This document shows, in pieces, positions 19,567-29,164 of a stretch of 64,000 bases of DNA. The notes beneath the pieces were generated by a model. That model had not been told where the DNA came from. It made no database searches and worked only from the letters and a program-made list of their open reading frames with translations. Made by a program: the position numbers and the translations under genes. The first letter of the stretch is position 1, and every line of letters starts with the position of its first letter. The stretch covers positions 1,376,001 to 1,440,000 of the forward strand of contig JBJMOW010000005.1 in the NCBI GenBank assembly GCA_045803545.1, written 5' to 3'. Source of the stretch: Gemmatimonadaceae bacterium. Lineage in GTDB: Bacteria; Gemmatimonadota; Gemmatimonadetes; Gemmatimonadales; Gemmatimonadaceae.

Positions 19567-21072
19567 CTAGCCTGCTCTCTTGCGCGCGTCGTTCTTCACC
19601 AACGCAGCGTTAGCACCGTTGAAGTTCCAGCCTGCCACGCGCTGGAAATACTCCTTCGCCTCCGCCTTGCGTCCTGCTCCGTCCAGTGCGAGTCCGCGAT
19701 AGTACCAGAGATACGGATCATCCCGATTCGCTTCAGCGTAATGATCGGAGGCTGACTGGAAGTTGGCCTGTAGGAAATCAGCCAACGCGAGGAGCTCATG
19801 CGCTGTCTCGTTCTTGCGCGGGCTTTGATCCTGTGCAACCAGCGTCATGATGTCCTTCGCCTTGGCGCGTGTGGCTGCGTAGTCACCGCGACGCGCCGCC
19901 AACATGCCTTCCCAATACGCAATAGTGACTTCACCATTGCGACGGAATGCGTCTGAACGTCCCTCTTCTGACGCCTGCGTTCGAGTAATCTCCCGCAACT
20001 GACCGATCGCACGCTCCGCAACATCGAAATGGCGATTGTGCAGCGCAATTCTCGCCTCCGACGCCAGTGCAAAGAGCTGCGCTCCGCGCGCATTGGGAAT
20101 GTTCTGATCGACGGTGCTTGCTACCTGCTCGAGCTCTGCTTCGGCCGCAGCTGGATCATTGGCGTACACGCTCACCAGCGCTCTGAATACCGCATACTGC
20201 GGCTTGAGTGTCGCATCCGACAGCTCGATGGCCCGGTCGTAGTCGGCGCGTGCCTCGGCAAAGTTGCCAAGGAATGAGTTGACATGCCCACGCTGCTGAA
20301 AGCCTTCACCGCGATTCGGCGCGAGCTCGGCCATGCGAGTGTATTCAGCGCGCGCTTGCGGGAGCTTGTTCTCGGCGCGGTACACATCACCCATGTAATC
20401 GTGCACTACGGCTTCGTTCGGCTGCAGCGCGACCGCCTTTCGAATGTAGGCATCGGCCTTGGCAATGTCCCGTGGCTCTGTCAGCAGGTAGGAATTGCCG
20501 AGCTGGATCCACGCCTGCGGGTAACTCGGATCAACCTGCGTTGCGCGCGCGAGCGTCGCCCGTGATTCCGCGCGCTTGTTGGCATTGAACTGCGCGCCCG
20601 CCAGATACAAATACACGCGCGGGTTTTCCGGCATCGCTCGTGCTGCCTGCTCGGCGAGCTCGATCTGACCCGTTACATCATTGTCCGCATTCTTGCGCTC
20701 GGCGCGAATCCACAGCTGCTCGGCCGGCGTCGCACCATCGAGTGCGCCAACTGCCGCGTCGAGATGCGTCTTATAGTCGGCGAGCGATGCACCATTGAAA
20801 GCCGCGTAGAGCTGACCGATTGCGAAGTTTGGATCCGCGACGACGGCGTTGTCGAAGTGAGTGCGGGCGGCGATGAACCGCTCGGCGTCAAGGTCGCGCA
20901 ATCCCTGGTAGAATTCATCGCGCGCCGCCGGCGAAGACTTGCCGATCGAGCTTGCGTGCCAGGGTATCGCCGCGGCAATGGCAGCCGGTGCCTGCGCGGT
21001 GATGGTGCTGGTGGTTAATACTCCCGTGAGAAGGAATGCGAGAGCAGTGGAGAAAAGTCGAACACGAGGCAT
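19567..21072 (-). CDS. Secreted tetratricopeptide repeat protein
   Basis: Signal peptide, many TPR-like helices (AWIQLGNSY, HDYMGDVY, WYYRGLAL), AGGAGG RBS. Confidence 0.85.
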   Translation of the reverse strand: MPRVRLFSTALAFLLTGVLTTSTITAQAPAAIAAAIPWHASSIGKSSPAARDEFYQGLRDLDAERFIAARTHFDNAVVADPNFAIGQLYAAFNGASLADYKTHLDAAVGALDGATPAEQLWIRAERKNADNDVTGQIELAEQAARAMPENPRVYLYLAGAQFNANKRAESRATLARATQVDPSYPQAWIQLGNSYLLTEPRDIAKADAYIRKAVALQPNEAVVHDYMGDVYRAENKLPQARAEYTRMAELAPNRGEGFQQRGHVNSFLGNFAEARADYDRAIELSDATLKPQYAVFRALVSVYANDPAAAEAELEQVASTVDQNIPNARGAQLFALASEARIALHNRHFDVAERAIGQLREITRTQASEEGRSDAFRRNGEVTIAYWEGMLAARRGDYAATRAKAKDIMTLVAQDQSPRKNETAHELLALADFLQANFQSASDHYAEANRDDPYLWYYRGLALDGAGRKAEAKEYFQRVAGWNFNGANAALVKNDARKRAG

Positions 21073-21239
21073 TGATAGCCTCCTTTAAAGGGACTTCGAA
21101 TATCAGAGGCGTGCATGGTGGCGGCAACGCTCGGATGCGCGACGAGGCGATGTTTTACCGGATATTCATGTTGTAACAACCGACGTGCATCCGGCCGCCC
21201 GCCTTTTTGCGCATCTTATTTTCTCACACACCATCGACT

Positions 21240-23051
21240 ATGAGAGAGAACGACTACAGCGTCTTGCGGCTGACAACGATCCTGGCGCTTTGCGCAGTAA
21301 CGCTCGCCTGCACCGCCGACACCGGTAGCAGCGGCGCCTCGAGCACCGCGTCATCAACCACCTCGTCTTCTACGACAGCGTTGTCCGGAAAGGATCCGAC
21401 ATTCGCCCGCTTCGTCGACACTTACTTCGACTCGACCTACGCCTTCGCTCCATCAGGAGGCACAGCTGCCGGCTTCCACCAGTACGACAACAAAGTCGAA
21501 GACTTCTCGGCAGCGAATGTCAGGCGAAGAATTACGACGCTGCATGCGGAGCTGCATCAGCTCGATTCCATCCGCGCGACCAAGCTCGTGCTCGATGATT
21601 CGATCGACGCCGCGATCATCGACGGCGCCATCAGATCGGAGCTCCAGGACGAGGAAGAGATCGGCAACTGGAAAAAGAATCCGATGAATTACGTCGGCCT
21701 GCCTGGCAACGCCGTCGATCTCCTGATGAAGCGCAACTTCGCCTCGTCGGTGGAGAGATTGAGATCGGTGACCGCGCGCCTGCGCGGAATGCCCGCTGTG
21801 CTCGGCGAGATGCGCACAAACGTCGTCAATCCGCCCAGGGAGTTCACCGACCTGGCCGTGCGGATCGCAGCCGGCTCGGTGGGATTCTTCAAGGACGACG
21901 TCGCCAAATGGGCGAAGGGCGCGGCGGGCAGCGACTCGGCGGCGCTGCGCGAATTCACGCAGGTGAACGATTCGGTGGTGACGTCGATGCAGGGCGCGGC
22001 CGACTGGCTCAAGACGACGATGCTACCCAAGTCCAACGGGAAGTATGCGATCGGCGCCAAGGCATTCGCCGACAAGCTGCGTTATGACGAGATGGTAGAC
22101 ATACCCTTGCCGAGGCTGCTCTCGATTGGCGAGGCGCAGCTGGACAAGGATTACAAGGCGTTCGTGGCGACGGCGCAGGAAGTGGCGCCAGGCAAGACGC
22201 CGCAGGAAGCGATGGAAACCTTGAACGCCGATCATCCGACTGCGGCGAACCTGCTTCCATCAGCCAAATCCACTATCGAAGGCCTGCGCCAATTTCTCAT
22301 CGACAAGAAGATCGTCGACATTCCATCCAGTGTGCGTCCGATCGTGAGCGAGACGCCGCCCTATGCGCGGAGCGGAACCTTCGCCAGCATGGACACGCCG
22401 GGTGCGTACGAAACCAAGGCGACGGAAGCCTTTTATTACGTGACGCCGCCGGAGAAGGATTGGGACGCCAAGCACGTCGAAGAGCATCTCAAACTGTACA
22501 ACAAGAGCGTAATGAACATCATCACCGTGCACGAAGTTTTTCCCGGCCATTTCCTCCAGTTCATCTACGCGCCGCAGTTCCCGACCAAGACACGCAAGCT
22601 ACTCGGCGCCTCGAGCAACGCCGAAGGTTGGGCGCACTATGGTGAGCAGATGATGGTGGAGGAAGGATTCGGAAACGGCGATCCGAAGACCCGTCTCGCA
22701 CAGCTGTCGGAGGCGCTGCTTCGCGATTGTCGCTGGGTGGTGGGGATGCGAGAACACACGATGAGCCTGACCGTGCAGCAGGGTGCGGATCAGTATTTCA
22801 CGAAGAAGTGTTTTCAGCAGCCGGCCAATGCGTACGAGGAAGCGCGTCGTGGCGCGTACAATCCCACCTATCTCTACTATACGCTGGGGAAGTTGGAGAT
22901 CTACAAGTTGCGGTCGGATTATCAGAAGCTTCGTGGCGCGAATTACTCCTTACGCGAATTCCACGATGCGTTCGTGAAGCAGGGTGCGCCGCCGATCAAG
23001 ATTGTAAGGCGGCTGCTACTGCCGAACGATTCGAGCTCGGTGCTGCGGTGA
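21240..23051 (+). CDS. DUF885 family lipoprotein (putative metallopeptidase)
   Basis: Lipobox TLAC, HEVFPGHFLQ, EGWAHYGE, YYTLGKLEIYKLR, FHDAFV. Confidence 0.88.
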   Translation: MRENDYSVLRLTTILALCAVTLACTADTGSSGASSTASSTTSSSTTALSGKDPTFARFVDTYFDSTYAFAPSGGTAAGFHQYDNKVEDFSAANVRRRITTLHAELHQLDSIRATKLVLDDSIDAAIIDGAIRSELQDEEEIGNWKKNPMNYVGLPGNAVDLLMKRNFASSVERLRSVTARLRGMPAVLGEMRTNVVNPPREFTDLAVRIAAGSVGFFKDDVAKWAKGAAGSDSAALREFTQVNDSVVTSMQGAADWLKTTMLPKSNGKYAIGAKAFADKLRYDEMVDIPLPRLLSIGEAQLDKDYKAFVATAQEVAPGKTPQEAMETLNADHPTAANLLPSAKSTIEGLRQFLIDKKIVDIPSSVRPIVSETPPYARSGTFASMDTPGAYETKATEAFYYVTPPEKDWDAKHVEEHLKLYNKSVMNIITVHEVFPGHFLQFIYAPQFPTKTRKLLGASSNAEGWAHYGEQMMVEEGFGNGDPKTRLAQLSEALLRDCRWVVGMREHTMSLTVQQGADQYFTKKCFQQPANAYEEARRGAYNPTYLYYTLGKLEIYKLRSDYQKLRGANYSLREFHDAFVKQGAPPIKIVRRLLLPNDSSSVLR

Positions 23052-23188
23052 ACGTATTCTGCCGCGAGGCTAATGCCAGGTGCCGATGGTGGTGAATGGC
23101 CTTTGAAATGCGCCTCGGCGGCCCCGCGTATTGAAATCAATGCGGCAATTATATCGCTCAGCTTTCCACTCATTAGAACGGAGTTGTT

Positions 23189-23524
23189 ATGAAAGCATTG
23201 TCACTTCTTCTGACATTGGCTGTGCTCGCTGCTTGTGTCCAGAGTCCCACTGCCCCATTAGCGCAAACGAACGCTCGCGCGAATCGGCTGTCCGTGCCTT
23301 CCGCGACGATAAGCGAAGCCAGAAATCCCTCGGGCACTGGTCAGCCGAGCCAGAGTTGCGGGTCCGCCACCGCCCAGACTGGGCCCAATGGTTTCGGTAC
23401 CGGTGGTTTTTCGAACGCCGAAGCCCACTACGCCGGGAGCGACGGCACACCATCTCTGGCGAATGGTAACTCACACGCAGTATCGCAGTACGACGTAGCC
23501 TGCTACCAGAAATCCAACAACTAG
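23189..23524 (+). CDS. Small secreted lipoprotein with two mature-chain cysteines
   Basis: GGAG RBS, MKALSLLLTLAVLAAC lipobox, TGQPSQSC...HYAG...VSQYDVACY. Confidence 0.75.
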   Translation: MKALSLLLTLAVLAACVQSPTAPLAQTNARANRLSVPSATISEARNPSGTGQPSQSCGSATAQTGPNGFGTGGFSNAEAHYAGSDGTPSLANGNSHAVSQYDVACYQKSNN

Positions 23525-23540
23525 CGAAGCTCCAACTTAG

Positions 23541-23564
23541 GCCCGTGCCCGCGCGGGCACGGGC
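23541..23564. terminator. Perfect 24-bp GC palindrome between convergent genes (terminator-like)
   Basis: GCCCGTGCCCGC|GCGGGCACGGGC; no U-tract. Confidence 0.55.
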
Positions 23565-23573
23565 GTTAGAGAT

Positions 23574-26321
23574 CTACCTCTCCAATCTTCCCCGCACGTA
23601 TGCGAACCGCCCGTTGAATCCGAATGGCGAGAAACCCGTGTATGGCAGAATCCCAGAGTTGTTGTTAGCCGGAATGTTCTCGGACGGATAGACATCGCCG
23701 ATGTTGTTCACGCCGAGGGTTACGCCGAAATGCGGAACGACCGGCAGCGACAGGCTCGCATCGGTAATCCATCTCGCCTTGTAGGTCTGATCGAGTGCCG
23801 GGTTGGTCGGACCGCGCGTTCCGATCTGACCGTAGCGCGTCGTGTGCACCGTAGCGCTGAAGCGCCGGATGGTGTGATCCAGCGTTGCATTGAACATTCG
23901 ATGCGGCTGTGCCTCCTCCAGCTTCGACCGCTCGAACCGATCGAACAGAACAGCGTTCTGGCTAGCCAGCGCGGGCGGGGTTGGATCGACGTGCGTGACG
24001 ACGGTGCCGGTCCGGTTGAATCCGCTGGTGAGGCTGGTGACTCCGCGATTGCCCCAGTCCAGCAGATATCGCCCAATGACATCGATGCCGTTGGTCTTCG
24101 TATCGATGGCGTTGGTGAAGTAGCGTGCGCTACCCACTCCCGGGAATCCCTGCGACGCCAGGAAATCGGTCATCGCCTGGCCAACGAAATTGCCGGACAG
24201 GACGATGCGATCGCGAATGGTGATGTGGTAGTAATCAGCGGTCAGTGACAGTGCGCGCAGCGGCTGCAGCGCCACGCCGAGCGAAGCATTCTCCGATTTC
24301 TCCGCCTTGAGCGGCTTCGCGCCGAGCGCCTGGGCCGGTCCGCTCGATACCGGAAGCGTGCGCACTTCGACGGCGGTCAGCACACCGTTGATGTTGATGA
24401 AATTGGTCGCAGTCGACGAGAAGAACTCCTGACCGAGTGACGGCGCGCGGAATCCGCTGTTGAACGCGCCGCGGATTGCAAAACCGGGGAACAGCTCGAG
24501 ACGACCCGACACCTTGCCGATCGTCGCCGATCCGAAATCACTGTAGTGCTCAGTGCGTCCAGCAACGCCGAGCAGCAGCCGCGAGAGCGGACTGGTCTCG
24601 AAATCGACGTAGCCCGCGAAGTTGGTGCGGCTGTGATCGCCGGCGTCGCCGGGTTGAAATCCAGGAAATACCTGCGCGCCCGGAGTCGGCTGCGCGCCGG
24701 CGTTCGGACCGTCGAGAACTTTGACTCCGCCATCACGATACGAGTCGGGCTCGCCGGCGACGATGCCATAGCTGTCGCGGCGCGCCTCGGCGCCGATCGC
24801 GACGTTGAGCGGAGCCGCGAACATGCTGATCGGAAACGCGCGCACAAAATCGAGGTTGCCCGTTGCCTCTCCGAACTTGAGCGAGCCGGAATTGAAGCTG
24901 GTCGGGCTTGCCGTGCCGAGCGTCGGGTTCACGGAGTTGGTGATCGTGAAATCGAACTGGTTGTGACCGTAGACTCCGCTCAGGTCGTAGTCCCAGCCGA
25001 CCAGATTGCCTTTGACGCCGACAGTTCCGGAGTAATCCCCGATCTTGCTGTTGATCAGCGGTAAAAATCCGTCCGGATAAATCGCCCGCACCGTGTTGTT
25101 GTTGGCTGCGGTGCGCCAGTTGCCCGCACCCTGTCCATTGCGTCGACTGGCGCCGCCGAAGGCGTAGACCTGCGCGCCGTTGGCGAACGTCGGCAGCGCG
25201 GCATTGAAGAATCCGCCGAGGTCGTTGACGTGCGCGTCGCCCTGGCGGAAGTCGACCTTGTTCAGGAAGGTAGGATCCGTATTGCGCGGATCGCCCGGAA
25301 AGTATTGTGGGCGCGGATCGGGCAGCGCGCGGTTGGTAGATCCACGATTCTCGTACTGCCCGGTGAGGTGAACGAAACCATTGTCGCGGAAGAGCGAGCC
25401 GGCGTTGAGAGAGACGGCGTTGACGTAGCCGTCGCGCAACTTGTTGTCACCCGGCAGCCGCTTGAAAGTGGTGTAGTTCTGCCCTGTCTCGTACTCGACG
25501 TCGGTCGACTCGTCCGATTTGAGGATGATGTTGATGACGCCGGCGATGGCGTCGGATCCGTACTGTGCCGCCGCGCCATCGCGCAGAATCTCGATGCGCT
25601 CGATCGAGCTGACGGGAATCGCGTTCAGATCGACGCCCGTCGATCCGCGTCCGATGGTGCCGTTGACGTTGACGAGCGCGCTGGTGTGACGGCGTTTTCC
25701 GTTGACGAGCACCAGGACTTGATCGGGTCCGAGGCCGCGCAGTGTCGACGGGCGCACGTGATCAGTTCCATCGCTGATCGTCGGCCGCGGGAAATTGAAA
25801 GACGGGGCCAGCGCCTGAATTACCTGACTCGTCTCGACCTGGCCCGTCGCGCGAATCTCCGTTGGAGTGAGAACGTCGACCGGGACCGGCGAGTTGAGCA
25901 CGGTGCGATCGTGCGCGCGCGTTCCGACGACAACGGCGGGATCCAGCTGTGAGACGCCGCGCTCGAGCACGTAATCGCGTGACGCACTTTCGCCGGCGAG
26001 AACGTCGACCGTGTCGCGACGGGGGGCGTAGCCAACGTAACTGACAAATACGACGTGGCGGCCGGGTCCGACGGGAAGACGATAGGTGCCGTCAGAGCGC
26101 GAGACAGTTCCCTGGGTCGTGCCGGGCAGCGATATGTGCGCGCCGGCAAGCGGCTGTCCGTTATCGCGATCCGTGATGCGACCGCTGATGCCTGATGTCG
26201 TCTGCGCTTCGAGCGGAATCGAAAGCAGGCAAGCAAATGAGAGCAACGCCGCCCATCTGCGCGGAGTTGGATGTTTGTCCAGAGTCGCAGGTGAAAGTGT
26301 CCTGCAATCAATCGTACGCAT
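23574..26321 (-). CDS. TonB-dependent receptor
   Basis: Carboxypeptidase-regulatory-like N-domain, plug LRGLGPDQVLVLVNGKRRH...DLNAIPVSSIERIEILRDGAAAQYGSDAIAGVINIILK, FRAPSL, C-terminal SPFGFNGRFAY. Start reset to ATG 26321. Confidence 0.9.
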   Translation of the reverse strand: MRTIDCRTLSPATLDKHPTPRRWAALLSFACLLSIPLEAQTTSGISGRITDRDNGQPLAGAHISLPGTTQGTVSRSDGTYRLPVGPGRHVVFVSYVGYAPRRDTVDVLAGESASRDYVLERGVSQLDPAVVVGTRAHDRTVLNSPVPVDVLTPTEIRATGQVETSQVIQALAPSFNFPRPTISDGTDHVRPSTLRGLGPDQVLVLVNGKRRHTSALVNVNGTIGRGSTGVDLNAIPVSSIERIEILRDGAAAQYGSDAIAGVINIILKSDESTDVEYETGQNYTTFKRLPGDNKLRDGYVNAVSLNAGSLFRDNGFVHLTGQYENRGSTNRALPDPRPQYFPGDPRNTDPTFLNKVDFRQGDAHVNDLGGFFNAALPTFANGAQVYAFGGASRRNGQGAGNWRTAANNNTVRAIYPDGFLPLINSKIGDYSGTVGVKGNLVGWDYDLSGVYGHNQFDFTITNSVNPTLGTASPTSFNSGSLKFGEATGNLDFVRAFPISMFAAPLNVAIGAEARRDSYGIVAGEPDSYRDGGVKVLDGPNAGAQPTPGAQVFPGFQPGDAGDHSRTNFAGYVDFETSPLSRLLLGVAGRTEHYSDFGSATIGKVSGRLELFPGFAIRGAFNSGFRAPSLGQEFFSSTATNFININGVLTAVEVRTLPVSSGPAQALGAKPLKAEKSENASLGVALQPLRALSLTADYYHITIRDRIVLSGNFVGQAMTDFLASQGFPGVGSARYFTNAIDTKTNGIDVIGRYLLDWGNRGVTSLTSGFNRTGTVVTHVDPTPPALASQNAVLFDRFERSKLEEAQPHRMFNATLDHTIRRFSATVHTTRYGQIGTRGPTNPALDQTYKARWITDASLSLPVVPHFGVTLGVNNIGDVYPSENIPANNNSGILPYTGFSPFGFNGRFAYVRGRLER

Positions 26322-26487
26322 GGGAGGTCCCCGGTGGAGAAGGATGTGAGACTTGCCGGGCGGGCGGGTGAACGCCACGTGAACCCAATACTCACTCCTG
26401 TGCCTCGATGCGCAACAACGGATGCTTCCACGCCTGGCTTCGGTGACGACACGCAACAGCGAGACATCGCCATTGCGTTGTAAACGT

Positions 26488-28254
26488 CTAGTAGCCCGCT
26501 GCTCCCGCGTCCGCATCCCGCGGATCGGCGAAGCCTCGTCGACTTCCCGTTTGCGGATCGATCTGGATGGAATGCGCCGTTCCCTGCGTGCCGCGCATCC
26601 TGATGCGATATCCCATCGCCTCGAGCGCCGACACCGTCGACAGCGGGACACCATTGTCCTCGATCGAGAGAATGTCCGGTTCCCACTGATGGTGGAAGCG
26701 CGGTGCGGTCACCGCATTCTGAATGCCCATCTTGAAATCGACCTGGTTCAGGATCACCTGCAACACCGTATTGATGATTGTGCGTCCGCCGGGACTGCCG
26801 ACCACCGCCACGAGTTGACCATTCCTGGCGACAATGGTTGGCGTCATGCTGGACAGCATCCGCTTGCCCGGCCGCGCCAGATTCGCGGGAGTTCCGATCG
26901 ATCCAGTGGAATCGGTGACACCTGGCCGCGCGTTGAAATCTCCCATTTCGTTGTTGAGGAGAAAGCCGGCACCCGACACGACCGCGCCGAGCCCGTACCC
27001 GAATTCGAGAGTGTAGGTGACGGAGACGGCCATGCCGCCGGCATCGACCACGGAATAGTGCGTCGTCTCGCTGCTCTCGAATCCGCGCGCGATCTGAGCC
27101 GGCGACGATGGCGTCGCGCGATTATCGTCGATCGTACGCCGCAGAGCGGCAGCGTACGATTTCGACTTCAGGCGATCGATCGGCGCCTCGACGAAGTCGG
27201 GATCGCCAAGGTATCGCGCGCGGTCGACGAACGCGCGCCGCATCGCTTCCGCGACAAGGTGCACATACTTCGGCGAGTTATGACCGTAGGAGCCGAGATC
27301 GTAGCCCTCCAGAATGTTGAGCATCTCGATCAGCGCGGTACCACCAGAGCTCGGCGGCGCCATCGAGACGATTTCGTAGCCGCGGTAACTGCCGCGAATC
27401 GGAGCTCGCTCCTTCGCCTGGTAATTGGCCAGATCCTGCGCCGTAATCAGCCCACCATTGCGGCGCATGTCATCGGCCAACAGACGCGCCGTCTCGCCGA
27501 GATAGAATCCGTCGCGCCCGTGATCGCGAATGCGGGCGAGCGTGCGTGCGAGATCCGGTTGGCGAAAGATCTCGCCCGCCACGTACGGCTGACCGTTCTT
27601 GCTGAAGGCAGCGACGCTCGCCGGATACTCCTGAAAGTCCTTTTGCATCCCCGCCAGCGAACCCGCAAGTCCGGACGGCACGGCGAAACCTTCCCTCGCC
27701 AGTCGCTCGGCCGGTGCAACGAGTCGAGCCCAGTCAGTTTTCCCGTACTTCTGGTGCGCGAGCGCGAAGCCAGCGACCGTACCGGGGACACCGACTGATT
27801 TGTAGCTGCGATGATGGATGGTGAAGGAATAATTGCCGGCGGAATCGAGAAACATCTCGGGCCCGGCGAGCTGTGGCGCCGCCTCACGAAAATCAAAAGT
27901 GGTGGCGCGGCCGTCGGGAAAGCGGATGACCATGAAGCCACCGCCACCAATGTTGCCGGCAAAGGGAAAGGTGACAGCGAGCGCGAAGCCGGTGGCAATC
28001 GCCGCGTCGACAGCGTTTCCGCCCCCCGCCAAAACGTTGCGGCCAACGTCACTGGCAATGCTGCTGGCGGAGACGACCATTCCGTGCGGAGCGACGGCGT
28101 AACGACCGGCAGTCGCAGTCGACTGCGTGGTCGCTGTCGGAGGCGGGACCGTCGCGGGCGACACCGCGCAGTTCGTAAGGCAGGCAGCAGTGAACGCCAG
28201 TGCTGTGCGAAGCATGCGGATCTGCAGTGACTGTACGGATGGAATCGATGTCAT
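26488..28254 (-). CDS. ggt: Gamma-glutamyltransferase
   Basis: GGNAVDAA, GNIGGGGF, DFRE, autocleavage site E|TTHYSVVD, LNNEMGDF, LSSMTPT, GSPGG, ADPR. Confidence 0.95.
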   Translation of the reverse strand: MTSIPSVQSLQIRMLRTALAFTAACLTNCAVSPATVPPPTATTQSTATAGRYAVAPHGMVVSASSIASDVGRNVLAGGGNAVDAAIATGFALAVTFPFAGNIGGGGFMVIRFPDGRATTFDFREAAPQLAGPEMFLDSAGNYSFTIHHRSYKSVGVPGTVAGFALAHQKYGKTDWARLVAPAERLAREGFAVPSGLAGSLAGMQKDFQEYPASVAAFSKNGQPYVAGEIFRQPDLARTLARIRDHGRDGFYLGETARLLADDMRRNGGLITAQDLANYQAKERAPIRGSYRGYEIVSMAPPSSGGTALIEMLNILEGYDLGSYGHNSPKYVHLVAEAMRRAFVDRARYLGDPDFVEAPIDRLKSKSYAAALRRTIDDNRATPSSPAQIARGFESSETTHYSVVDAGGMAVSVTYTLEFGYGLGAVVSGAGFLLNNEMGDFNARPGVTDSTGSIGTPANLARPGKRMLSSMTPTIVARNGQLVAVVGSPGGRTIINTVLQVILNQVDFKMGIQNAVTAPRFHHQWEPDILSIEDNGVPLSTVSALEAMGYRIRMRGTQGTAHSIQIDPQTGSRRGFADPRDADAGAAGY

Positions 28255-28357
28255 ACGCTAGTTGTTGGGCGTCCGCCTAACATCGGCATTGTTTCGCAGA
28301 TTGGCTACTGCTCTTGACGGCCATACCTCAGGTTGATCCTAGCGACTCCAAGGCACT

Positions 28358-29164
28358 TCACATAGCGAGCCGCCGCTCCAGCTCTTCGCGCCGTGAGCGC
28401 GCGATCTTGATCTTGACGCCGTTTTTGAGCTGAACTTCGCAGTCGCCGCTCGGCGACTTGAGCAGCGCGTCAACGCGATCGAGCTGCACGATGGCCGAGC
28501 GGTGGACGCGGAAAAAGCGCGCGGGGTCGAGCTGGTTCTCCAGATTCTGCATCGCTTCGCGAATGAGGTGCTTGCGGTCGCCCACCACCAGCTCGGCGTA
28601 CGGTCCATCGGCAAGGATGTAATCGATCTCCGACACCGCGATGTAGCGAACCTTGCCACGCGACTCGACGGGAATGCGCTCGAGATAATGCGGGAGGCGG
28701 GAGGCGGGAAGCGGGAGGCGCGAACCGCCCTCGCTTGTCTCCTGCAACACCGCCAACAACATTTCACGGAGGCGATCGGCCGCCTCCAATCGCGCGATGC
28801 GCCGCGCGCGCTGAAAAGCCTCTCTGAAGCGCTCGTCGTCGAATGGCTTTACGAGATAATCGATCGCCGCCAGATCGAACGCTTCGAGCGCGTGCTTGTC
28901 ATACGCCGTCACGAACACGGTGGTCGGCATCTCGGCGGGCCCGACGGTGCGCACTACCTCGAGGCCGGTCATGCCGGGCATCTGGACGTCGAGGAAAACG
29001 AGATCGGGCGCCAGCGATAGAATTGCGTCGACGGCTGAAACGCCGTCGCCGATCATGCCGACTATCTCCACGCCAGGCTCCTTTCGCACCAGACCCGCGA
29101 CGCGCCGGCGGCCGAGCGGCTCGTCGTCGACGATCAGCACACGAAGCGGCGTGCTCTCAGGCAT
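28358..29164 (-). CDS. LytR/AlgR-family response regulator
   Basis: Receiver IVDDEP...FLDVQMP...FVTAY...DYLVKP and LytTR domain FFRVHRSAIV...IARSRR. Confidence 0.93.
   Translation of the reverse strand: MPESTPLRVLIVDDEPLGRRRVAGLVRKEPGVEIVGMIGDGVSAVDAILSLAPDLVFLDVQMPGMTGLEVVRTVGPAEMPTTVFVTAYDKHALEAFDLAAIDYLVKPFDDERFREAFQRARRIARLEAADRLREMLLAVLQETSEGGSRLPLPASRLPHYLERIPVESRGKVRYIAVSEIDYILADGPYAELVVGDRKHLIREAMQNLENQLDPARFFRVHRSAIVQLDRVDALLKSPSGDCEVQLKNGVKIKIARSRREELERRLAM
28691..28718 (-). repeat. Four C(C/T)TCCCG heptamers in the receiver-LytTR linker
   Basis: + strand cgggagg-cgggagg-cgggaag-cgggagg, encoding RLPLPASRLP. Confidence 0.8.

Noticed and set aside
26422..27798. 458-aa plus-strand ORF
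   Set aside because: Antisense shadow of ggt, Arg-rich with no domain signature.
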